64,000 nt of DNA. Origin: Bacillota bacterium (GTDB lineage: Bacteria; Bacillota; Clostridia; Lachnospirales; Lachnospiraceae). Shown piece by piece: positions 18,230-25,167 of the stretch. The notes below the pieces were generated by a model that had not been told where the DNA came from, searched no databases, and saw only the letters and a list, made by a program, of their open reading frames with translations. Within the stretch, counting starts at the first letter, position 1. Each line of letters starts with the position of its first letter. The stretch spans positions 5,215-69,214 of the forward strand of contig JAEYFP010000066.1 of assembly GCA_023402845.1 (NCBI GenBank), in the 5' to 3' direction. Position numbers and translations under genes: made by a program.

Positions 18230-18952
18230 TTAAATCCACCCGCCGTCTAATTGGATGATCTGGCCGGTAAGGTAAGTATTTCCCGTGCAGAGCTGCAGGA
18301 CAAGTGCAGCGGCTTCCTCGGGCCTTCCCATACGGTCTGCCGGTATTTCGGAAACAATTTGGGAGAGATCCTCCTCTGAAAAATTGCGGTTCATATCGGT
18401 ATCCATCATGCCGCAGGCGATTGCATTGACCTGAATTCCGCTTGGTGCCAGTTCCTTGGCGAGCGCGCGTGTGAAAGCATTCAGTCCGCCTTTGGAGGCG
18501 GAGTAGGCAACTTCCATGGAAGCACCGCAGCTTCCCCATACGGAAGAAATATTGATGATTTTTCCTGATTTTTTCTGAAGCATAAGTGGAATTGCGAGTT
18601 TTGAGCAGTAAAAGGCGGCATTTAAGTTTGTACCGATAACGGAATCCCAGCTTTCCGGAGGCATTTCGGAAAGCAGCCCGACATAGGAAATCCCCGCATT
18701 GTTCACAAGAACATCAAGCTCCGTGATTTCTTTAAACAGCAGTATGACAGCTTCATAATCGGAAAGATCGCCGATAAAAGTCTGACAGGAAATCCTGCAG
18801 TCTTTTTTTAATTCCTCCGCAAGTATGGTCAGCTCTGTTTCGGAATGTCTGCAGGCGAGTATCAAATCATAGCCCTGTGCGGCAAATACCTTTGCGATGG
18901 CTTTTCCGATACCGCGTGATGCACCGGTGACAAGGGCAGTTCGTTTTTTCAT
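18230..18952 (-). CDS. SDR family oxidoreductase (FabG-like)
   Basis: TGASRGIGKAIA cofactor motif, NNAG, and the YSASK catalytic motif. The start at 18952 follows GGAGGA. Confidence 0.85.
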   Translation of the reverse strand: MKKRTALVTGASRGIGKAIAKVFAAQGYDLILACRHSETELTILAEELKKDCRISCQTFIGDLSDYEAVILLFKEITELDVLVNNAGISYVGLLSEMPPESWDSVIGTNLNAAFYCSKLAIPLMLQKKSGKIINISSVWGSCGASMEVAYSASKGGLNAFTRALAKELAPSGIQVNAIACGMMDTDMNRNFSEEDLSQIVSEIPADRMGRPEEAAALVLQLCTGNTYLTGQIIQLDGGWI

Positions 18953-19169
18953 GTTAATTCCTCCGCAATGATAAAAAATCAATCAATTACAACTGTCAAT
19001 CATAAAAGAGTACGAGCTTAGTATACTATTATATATAGAAGAAATGCAATACAAAGCAGGGGAAGCAATTGAAATAACAGAAAATTAATGGTAAACTGAA
19101 TTCGTATCCGCTGTTTGAGGGAAAATGGGAGATAGTATTTAAAACGGAGAAAACAGGAGGAAAAGAAAA

Positions 19170-20090
19170 ATGGGAGAATTATATGATGTAATCATTGTAG
19201 GTTCCGGCCCTGCGGGAATGACGGCAGCAATCTATTCCAAAAGAGCGGAATTGAAGACATTGCTGATAGAGAAAAATTATATGGGCGGGGGACAGGTACT
19301 GAACACGTATGAAGTGGATAATTTTCCGGGCTTTCCGGGAATCAATGGCTTTGACCTGGGGATGAAATTTTCGGAGCATGTAGATAAAATGGGAGTGGAA
19401 CGGCTGGAAACGGAAGTTCTGGGGATGGATCTTTCGGGGGCTGTCAAGATAATCGAGACGGAGAAGGGCACCTTTGAAACGAAGACAGTCATTCTGACGA
19501 GCGGCAATTCCCCGCGCAAGCTTGCCGTGCCGGGTGAGGAACAGTTTGCGGGGATGGGTGTTTCCTACTGTGCGACATGTGACGGTGCATTTTTTAAAAA
19601 CAAGGTAACGGTCGTGGCCGGCGGAGGAGACGTGGCCGTGGAGGATGCAATATTTTTGGCACGCGGTTGTACGAAGGTCTATTTGATACATCGCCGGAAT
19701 GAGCTCAGAGCGGCAAGGATTTTACAGAAGTCTCTATTTGAGACCCCTAATATTGAAGTAATCTGGGACAGTGTGGTGACGGAAATCCGGGGCGGCAATA
19801 AGGTGGAGGAAATCGTCATCAAGAATGTGAAGGATCAAACCGAGCGTATAATTAAGACAGACGGAATTTTTGTTGCTGTTGGCAATGAACCGAATGCTTC
19901 CTATATTGATATGGTAGAAACAGACAGGGGCGGTTATGTGACCGCGGCAGAGGATTGCAAGACAAGCGTGCCGGGTGTATTTGCAGCAGGTGATATCAGA
20001 AGTAAGCGCCTGCGCCAGATTACAACGGCTGTGGGCGACGGCGCAAATGCTGTCATGTCGGTACAGGATTATTTAATCGATATGGTATAA
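19170..20090 (+). CDS. trxB: Thioredoxin-disulfide reductase
   Basis: GSGPAGMTAAIY FAD motif, redox-active CATCDG, and a second dinucleotide motif VAGGGDVAVEDA. Confidence 0.92.
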   Translation: MGELYDVIIVGSGPAGMTAAIYSKRAELKTLLIEKNYMGGGQVLNTYEVDNFPGFPGINGFDLGMKFSEHVDKMGVERLETEVLGMDLSGAVKIIETEKGTFETKTVILTSGNSPRKLAVPGEEQFAGMGVSYCATCDGAFFKNKVTVVAGGGDVAVEDAIFLARGCTKVYLIHRRNELRAARILQKSLFETPNIEVIWDSVVTEIRGGNKVEEIVIKNVKDQTERIIKTDGIFVAVGNEPNASYIDMVETDRGGYVTAAEDCKTSVPGVFAAGDIRSKRLRQITTAVGDGANAVMSVQDYLIDMV

Positions 20091-20130
20091 ATTTACAAAC
20101 GGTTCTACCTGTTATTTTCCCATATATTTG

Positions 20131-20159
20131 GTTGACAAACATAGGTCAGTATGCTATAT
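20131..20159 (+). promoter_or_regulatory. Sigma-A promoter of the NlpC/P60 gene
   Basis: TTGACA (20131-20136), 17-nt spacer, TATATT (20154-20159). Confidence 0.6.
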
Positions 20160-20230
20160 TTTATTACAGATGTAACAAATTTGTAATAAATGCAGTTGCG
20201 TTCAGGGTATAAATATTTGGAGGTCAATTA

Positions 20231-21736
20231 ATGAGGAAAGGTGTAACGAAGGTTGCAGCATGCTGTATAGTAAGCGCGTTGGCGATGACAAGCTTTCCGG
20301 CTGTCTCGGTGGATGCGTCTTCCTTCTTTTCTTCTATTTTGCCGGCAGCAGGGGGAGCGTTGGCAACGGGAGAAGGTGTCTCAGTACGGGATATTAAGGC
20401 TGGGATTGCAAGAAGTGCGGCAAAGCAGACAGCGGCGGCAACTCATTCAGTAATCACGGGTACGAACGGTACAAGCGGTGCTGCGCTCCAGATTGGAGCA
20501 AGCTCTGTTGTAAATATACCAGAAAAGGCGGAGACGCCGGCTTCAAAGGCTGTCAGCCAGTCAGCGACAGTAAACGGTACATCCGTAGTAGGCAGTGCAT
20601 CGGAGGGAGCTCCAATCGCTGTTACGACAAATGTGGAAGCTGCAACAGCAGCCTCTGCTCCTGCGTCAGCAACAGATTCTATTTCGGAGAATAGTGCGGA
20701 AAAATCTGCGCCGGATGCGACAGTTTCGCAGAACGGAGTTTCACAGAATGCGGTTCCGTCAATCGAAATAAAACCTGAAGCGGCAGATGTGGCTGAAGGT
20801 GAAGAAGATTTATCGGGTACGATCATCGCACAGGTCAGCAATTATGTTAATGTAAGGGCAACGGCCAGCGAGGAAGGCGAAGTTGTTGGTAAACTGTATA
20901 ACAATTCCGCCGGTGAATGGTTAGGAAAAGAAGGCGACTGGTATAAAATTAAATCCGGCAACGTCGTTGGTTATGTAAAAGGCGAATATGTTGTTACGGG
21001 ACAGGCTGCGATTGAGTTGGCGGCAAAGGTAGGACATCGGGTCGCTGTAGTTGCGACAACGACATTGAAGGTTCGCGAGGAGCCCAGTATAGATGCTGCG
21101 GTTTTGGGTCTCGTGCCGAATGAAGACCGGCTGACCGTACTTGAGGAAACCGATGAGTGGTTAAAGGTATCCATTGAAGAAGGTGACGGATTTGTTTCCA
21201 AGGAATTTGTTTCTGTTACGACGGAATTTGTACAGGCTGAATCTACAGCAGAAGAGGAAGCACGTTTAAAGAAGGAAGATGACGATAGGAAGAAAGCGAA
21301 TGCAGCTGCCGCACAGGCACAGAAGAAGAACAGCAGCAGTAGCTCATCCTCATCATCGGGCAAGAGTTCTTCCTATTCCGTATCGGGAAGCGGTACAGGA
21401 TCATCGGTCGCAAATTATGCACTCCAGTTTGTAGGTAATCCGTATGTCTATGGCGGAACGAGTCTGACAAACGGAACGGACTGCTCCGGCTTTACAATGA
21501 GTGTTTATAAAAACTTTGGTGTATCTCTGCCGCACTCTTCGGGTGCACAGAGAAGTATAGGATATGATGTAGGCGGAATTCAGAATGCACAGCCGGGCGA
21601 TCTTGTATGTTATTCAGGCCATGTGGCGATGTATATCGGAAACGGTCAGATCGTACACGCAAGTACAGCTGCAACCGGCATCAAAATATCCAATGCAAGC
21701 TACCGCCAAATCCTGGCAGTCAGAAGAATTTTCTAA
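20231..21736 (+). CDS. Secreted NlpC/P60 peptidoglycan endopeptidase with SH3-type domains
   Basis: Signal peptide, Ala/Ser/Thr-rich linker, two SH3b-like repeats (VNVRATASEEGEVVGKLY and LKVREEPSIDAAVLGLV), a serine run, and a C-terminal NlpC/P60 core with DCSGFTMSVYKNFG and GHVAMYIG. Confidence 0.9.
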   Translation: MRKGVTKVAACCIVSALAMTSFPAVSVDASSFFSSILPAAGGALATGEGVSVRDIKAGIARSAAKQTAAATHSVITGTNGTSGAALQIGASSVVNIPEKAETPASKAVSQSATVNGTSVVGSASEGAPIAVTTNVEAATAASAPASATDSISENSAEKSAPDATVSQNGVSQNAVPSIEIKPEAADVAEGEEDLSGTIIAQVSNYVNVRATASEEGEVVGKLYNNSAGEWLGKEGDWYKIKSGNVVGYVKGEYVVTGQAAIELAAKVGHRVAVVATTTLKVREEPSIDAAVLGLVPNEDRLTVLEETDEWLKVSIEEGDGFVSKEFVSVTTEFVQAESTAEEEARLKKEDDDRKKANAAAAQAQKKNSSSSSSSSSGKSSSYSVSGSGTGSSVANYALQFVGNPYVYGGTSLTNGTDCSGFTMSVYKNFGVSLPHSSGAQRSIGYDVGGIQNAQPGDLVCYSGHVAMYIGNGQIVHASTAATGIKISNASYRQILAVRRIF

Positions 21737-21771
21737 AACTAAGCAGTTATCTGCGAATCCATAAAATAAAC

Positions 21772-21810
21772 GACGTCCTGAATGCTTGCATTCAAGGGCG
21801 TCATTTATTA
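21772..21810 (+). terminator. Probable terminator of the NlpC/P60 gene
   Basis: GACGTCCTGAATGC..GCATTCAAGGGCGTC is an imperfect stem followed by ATTTATTA. Confidence 0.5.
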
Positions 21811-21840
21811 TCTGTAATAGGAAAGTGTTCCTATTACAGA
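21811..21840. repeat. Perfect 13-bp stem hairpin
   Basis: TCTGTAATAGGAA-AGTG-TTCCTATTACAGA. Confidence 0.8.
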
Positions 21841-21880
21841 TAAACACTCCGTGCAGGATGCACACTCGCGCGTATAGTAG

Positions 21881-21940
21881 GATGTTGACTTTGTCAACCG
21901 CGCTCGGCGCTAGAGTTTGCCAAAGCAAACTCTTTATTCT
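21881..21940 (+). repeat. Family C modular hairpin repeat, copy C1
   Basis: GATGTTGACTTTGTCAAC-CGCGCTCGGCGC-TAGAGTTTGCCAAAGCAAACTCTTTATTCT. It is nearly identical to 22048-22107. Confidence 0.85.
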
Positions 21941-22047
21941 AGATTCATAGGAATGCAAAACAGACCGAAGCCGGCGCAGCCGGTTGAGGTGTCCTCTGAT
22001 TTGCATTCGCAGATAACTGCGAACTCCCGCCAAGAAATAAATGGTAC

Positions 22048-22228
22048 GATGTTGACTTTGTCAACCGCGCTCAGCGCGAAAAGTCTGCCAAAGCAAACTC
22101 TTTATTCTTATATAGAAATTCCTGCGGATTTTCTATATAAGAAAATTTTATGCGTAGCTGCGCGCGCGGAATAGAAGCTGTGCTGCCGAAGTATTTGGCC
22201 GAGAGAGAGCACGAAGCACACTTTTATT
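22048..22228 (+). repeat. Composite repeat: family C copy C2 fused to family A copy A3
   Basis: C2 is 22048-22107. A3 H3 is TTATATAGAAATTCC-TGCG-GATTTTCTATATAA (22108-22140). The palindrome GCGTAGCTGCGCGCGC follows. H4 is GAATAGAAGCTGTGCT...AGCACACTTTTATT (22169-22228). Confidence 0.85.
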
Positions 22229-22362
22229 TTGCATTCGCAGATAGCGGATGTTTCAATAAAAATCCCAATTTTCTCCTTGACAAATTTATCATTAGGCATC
22301 ATGCACAAAACCTAAAAAAATCTCTCAGAAAATCGAAAAAAAGGAATCTTAAATGAAAAAAG

Positions 22363-22433
22363 ATATCCACAATTTTAAAAATGGAAGAGACCGAAAAATG
22401 GACTTATACACGAAGTTGTGCACATTATCCACA
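22363..22433 (+). promoter_or_regulatory. Cluster of four co-oriented DnaA-box-like 9-mers in an AT-rich tract
   Basis: ATATCCACA (22363-22371), TTATACACG (22404-22412), TTGTGCACA (22416-22424) and a perfect TTATCCACA (22425-22433). The consensus is TTATNCACA. Confidence 0.3.
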
Positions 22434-22605
22434 TAAAAATGAAAAAAATTAAGAAATATTTTGAACAAATGTTTTGGCGAAAAATAATAAAAAGCATAAT
22501 TTGTAAAAAAATTAAAAAAAGACCATTGACAAACGCCGTCGAAATATGCTAGAGGATTTTTGGAAAACCCGCGTTTCTGAGAACGGAGTGAACAGGAACA
22601 TACCC

Positions 22606-22780
22606 GGTTACTGTTCACGGGTGACATACACGACGTGTTTTTTGTGAGTGAAGCGAAGCGAAAGTCACAGAAAACCGGAGAATTGCAGCGCCAAAACGCT
22701 ATCTTTGCGTTTTGTGTGCATTGCATAGCGTATCGCTGGTCGCGGAACTGCTGTATTTTACAGTGGAGTGAACAGTAACC
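22606..22780 (-). mobile_element. Family B MITE-like element, copy B1 (inverted relative to B2 and B3)
   Basis: Perfect 13-bp terminal inverted repeats: GGTTACTGTTCAC (22606-22618) and GTGAACAGTAACC (22768-22780). The direct repeat CATACCCG lies at both borders (22599-22606 and 22780-22787). The interior is nearly identical to 24840-25012 and 47586-47759. Confidence 0.6.
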
Positions 22781-22819
22781 ATACCCGCCCGCAAAATACG
22801 GAAATTCAGTGTAATATAA

Positions 22820-22849
22820 TTGCAAATAACTCCGGAATTGTGGTATACT
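22820..22849 (+). promoter_or_regulatory. Sigma-A promoter of hpf (extended -10)
   Basis: TTGCAA (22820-22825), 18-nt spacer ending in TGG, TATACT (22844-22849). Confidence 0.5.
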
Positions 22850-22922
22850 ATATTTACATAAAAAATGCGCGGGTTGTGTTGATTTTTAACGGACAAGCGC
22901 AGGAATGAAAGGAGTGACTGGC

Positions 22923-23450
22923 ATGGAATTTATTATTGTCGGTAAGAATATTGATGTAACGGATGGTCTTAGAAGCGCTGTAGAAGATAAAATAGGGAAG
23001 TTGGAGCGTTATTTCACACCGGATACAGAAATTCACGTAACGCTGAGTGTAGAAAAAGACAGACAGAAGATAGAGGTAACAATTCCGGTAAAGGGCAGCA
23101 TCATTCGTTCCGAGCAGGTCAGCAATGATATGTATGTATCTATAGACCTTGTCGAGGAAATCATCGAAAGACAGCTTAAGAAATATAAGAATAAGCTTGT
23201 TGACAGCAAGCATGGTGCCGGTAATTTCAAACAGGATTTCATTGATCGGGAGTACCAGGATGACGATGAGATTAAAATCGTCCGCTCCAAGAAATTTGAC
23301 ATTAAACCGATGTACCCGGAGGATGCCTGTGTACAGATGGAGCTTTTGGGACACAGCTTTTTCGTATTCTGCAATGCGGAGACGGATCAGGTCAATGTCG
23401 TATATAAGAGAAAAGGTAATACTTACGGCCTGATTGAGCCTGAATTATAA
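22923..23450 (+). CDS. hpf: Ribosome hibernation promoting factor, long form
   Basis: MEFIIVGKNIDVTDGLRSAVEDKIGKLERYF is the S30AE N-domain. The C-terminal dimerisation domain is ...MELLGHSFFVFCNAETDQVNVVYKRKGNTYGLIEPE. The start at 22923 follows a GGAG RBS. Confidence 0.9.
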   Translation: MEFIIVGKNIDVTDGLRSAVEDKIGKLERYFTPDTEIHVTLSVEKDRQKIEVTIPVKGSIIRSEQVSNDMYVSIDLVEEIIERQLKKYKNKLVDSKHGAGNFKQDFIDREYQDDDEIKIVRSKKFDIKPMYPEDACVQMELLGHSFFVFCNAETDQVNVVYKRKGNTYGLIEPEL

Positions 23451-23464
23451 GAATGACAGAAGGA

Positions 23465-23502
23465 CATGCTCCTGTGCCGAAGCTGGCATAGGAGCATTTT
23501 TG
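23465..23502 (+). terminator. Intrinsic terminator of hpf
   Basis: ATGCTCCTGTGCC-GAAGCT-GGCATAGGAGCAT followed by TTTTT. Confidence 0.8.
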
Positions 23503-23512
23503 AGCCATCAGC

Positions 23513-23546
23513 TCAAAAATGCAAATGCGCACTCGCACACAAGGAA
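23513..23546 (+). repeat. Family E direct repeat, copy 1
   Basis: TCAAAAATGCAAATGCGCACTCGCACACAAGGAA. A second copy lies at 23632-23666. Confidence 0.7.
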
Positions 23547-23631
23547 TAGGGCAGCAATGCTGCCTGTGCTCGGCGCCCAGAAAATTCAGAGGAATTTTCT
23601 GATATGAGCCAATTTATCGGGGCCCGATCGT

Positions 23632-23666
23632 TCAAAAATGCAAATAAGCACTCGCTACACAAGGAA
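23632..23666 (+). repeat. Family E direct repeat, copy 2 (supplies the mtnA ribosome-binding site)
   Basis: TCAAAAATGCAAATAAGCACTCGCTACACAAGGAA. The AAGGAAAGGA tail sits about 10 nt before the mtnA ATG. Confidence 0.7.
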
Positions 23667-23679
23667 AGGACGATAAGCT

Positions 23680-24774
23680 ATGGACAACAAAAAAAGTATT
23701 ATGGATTACGAGACGGTGGCACTTGATGAGGAAAAATGCGCCCTTGTCATTATCGACCAGACGAAACTGCCATATGAGACAGTGATGCTCACACTTACGG
23801 AGCTTAATGATATCTGGAATGCTATCTATCTGCTTCAGGTACGGGGAGCGCCGGCGATCGGCGTCGCAGCTGCCATCGGCATCTATCTGGAAGCGAAGAA
23901 AATCCAGACTGAAGATTACAAAGATTTTTACAGGCAGTTTAAAAAGGCGAAGGAGTATTTGGATACGGCACGTCCGACGGCTGTAAATTTGTCGTGGGCG
24001 TTGAACAGGATGGAACAGATTTGTATCAGGAACCGGGAAAAGCCCGTTGCACAGATTAAAGAAGCGCTTCATCAGGAGGCGCTTGAAATCAAACAGGAAG
24101 ACACCTGGGTTTGCAAAATGATCGGAGAATACGGACTCTCCCTTGTAAAGCCCGGGGATGGGCTGTTAACGCACTGCAATGCGGGACAGCTGGCGACAAC
24201 CAAATATGGAACGGCAACTGCGCCGATGTATCTTGGGCAGGAGCGGGGTTATCATTTTAAAATTTTTGCGGACGAGACAAGGCCGCTTTTGCAGGGGGCC
24301 AGGCTGACCGCTTACGAACTGAAGGAGGCGGGGCTTGATGTGACGCTGATCTGTGATAATATGTCGGCTGCCGTTATGAAAAATGGCTGGGTAAATGCAG
24401 TGTTCGTAGGCTGTGATCGTGTGGCGGCAAACGGTGACGCAGCGAACAAGATCGGCACCTCGGTTGTAGCGGCTGTCGCAAACTATTATCATATTCCGGT
24501 TTATGTCTGTGCGCCGACATCGACAATCGATTTAAGTCTCACTGACGGCAGTCTGATCCCGATTGAGCAGCGTCCGGAGGAGGAAATCACGGAGATGTGG
24601 TATGAAAGACGCATGGCGCCGGAGGGAGTCAAGGTTTTTAATCCGAGCTTTGATGTAACGGATCATGAATTGATTTCTGCCATTATCACAGAATATGGGA
24701 TTGCGCGTGCGCCTTATGAGGATTCCTTTAAGAAAATCTTTGAAAAGAAAGTGGACGCAGAAATTAACTCTTGA
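23680..24774 (+). CDS. mtnA: S-methyl-5-thioribose-1-phosphate isomerase (eIF-2B alpha/beta/delta-like family)
   Basis: 364 aa with VRGAPAIGVAAA, TRPLLQGARLTAYEL and GCDRVAANGD(A)ANKIGT blocks characteristic of MtnA. Confidence 0.88.
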   Translation: MDNKKSIMDYETVALDEEKCALVIIDQTKLPYETVMLTLTELNDIWNAIYLLQVRGAPAIGVAAAIGIYLEAKKIQTEDYKDFYRQFKKAKEYLDTARPTAVNLSWALNRMEQICIRNREKPVAQIKEALHQEALEIKQEDTWVCKMIGEYGLSLVKPGDGLLTHCNAGQLATTKYGTATAPMYLGQERGYHFKIFADETRPLLQGARLTAYELKEAGLDVTLICDNMSAAVMKNGWVNAVFVGCDRVAANGDAANKIGTSVVAAVANYYHIPVYVCAPTSTIDLSLTDGSLIPIEQRPEEEITEMWYERRMAPEGVKVFNPSFDVTDHELISAIITEYGIARAPYEDSFKKIFEKKVDAEINS

Positions 24775-24839
24775 ATCAGGTTCTTACGCAGTTTAACAGC
24801 AAGTGCTAAGCTGCGTAAGAACGGTAACGTTTTTCCTAT

Positions 24840-25012
24840 GTTACTGTTCACTCCACTGCAAAATACAGCAGTTTTGCGACCAGCAACACGCTATGCGATG
24901 CACACAAAACGCAAAGATAGCGTTTTGGCACTGCAATTCTCCGGTTTTCTGTGACTTTCGCTTCACTTCACTCACAAAAAACACGTCGCATATGTCACCT
25001 GTGAACGGTAAC
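24840..25012 (+). mobile_element. Family B MITE-like element, copy B2
   Basis: GTTACTGTTCAC (24840-24851) and GTGAACGGTAAC (25001-25012). It is flanked by the near-identical direct repeats GTTTTTCCTAT and GTTTTCCTAT. Confidence 0.6.
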
Positions 25013-25052
25013 GTTTTCCTATCATTTTTTGTAGAATCCATAGATATAGTTG

Positions 25053-25081
25053 TTGCAAATGCACATCTGCTGTGATAAAAT
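25053..25081 (+). promoter_or_regulatory. Sigma-A promoter of the butyryl-CoA operon (extended -10)
   Basis: TTGCAA (25053-25058), 17-nt spacer ending TGa, TAAAAT (25076-25081). Confidence 0.6.
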
Positions 25082-25167
25082 TATGAATGGCAACAATGAC
25101 AAAAAAATAACAATCACTGCAAAGTCCCAATTTATGGGACTTCAAACAATTTCATGGAGGTATGAAT

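Noticed and set aside
20160-20230. ydaO/c-di-AMP type riboswitch upstream of the NlpC/P60 hydrolase
   Set aside because: The leader after the predicted promoter is only ~70 nt and lacks the pseudo-twofold ydaO architecture.
21328-21362. Serine-codon run in the NlpC/P60 gene as a possible slipped-strand phase-variation tract
   Set aside because: The run uses mixed codons (AGC, AGT, TCA, TCC, TCG) rather than a homopolymer or perfect short tandem repeat. It behaves as a low-complexity interdomain linker.
22363-22560. Chromosomal replication origin (oriC)
   Set aside because: No dnaA or dnaN is nearby. Gene orientation stays on the + strand on both sides. There is only one perfect DnaA box plus three near matches. 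It is reported only as a possible secondary DnaA-box cluster.
22349-25075. Two ORFs sharing the peptide CSLHCKIQQF.DQ.YAM.CTQNAKIAFW.CNSPVFCDFRF.SLTKNTS.MSPVN (22349-22825 minus and 24803-25075 plus) as a possible small protein family
   Set aside because: The shared segment is exactly the family B element including its terminal inverted repeats. The third copy (47586-47759) is not in an ORF of 60 aa or more. The frames enter and exit the repeat at different points, and no RBS is present.
21737-25100. CRISPR array, considered because of the many repeats
   Set aside because: The repeats are 60-175 bp and belong to several different families. They are irregularly spaced and occur in both orientations. 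There is no short direct repeat with unique spacers, and no cas genes.
25040-25167. Rex operator in the thl promoter region
   Set aside because: The best candidates (TTGTTGCAAATGCACATC, and the direct repeats AACAATGAC/AACAATCAC) do not form the required 7-4-7 palindrome, so the matches are too weak to call.
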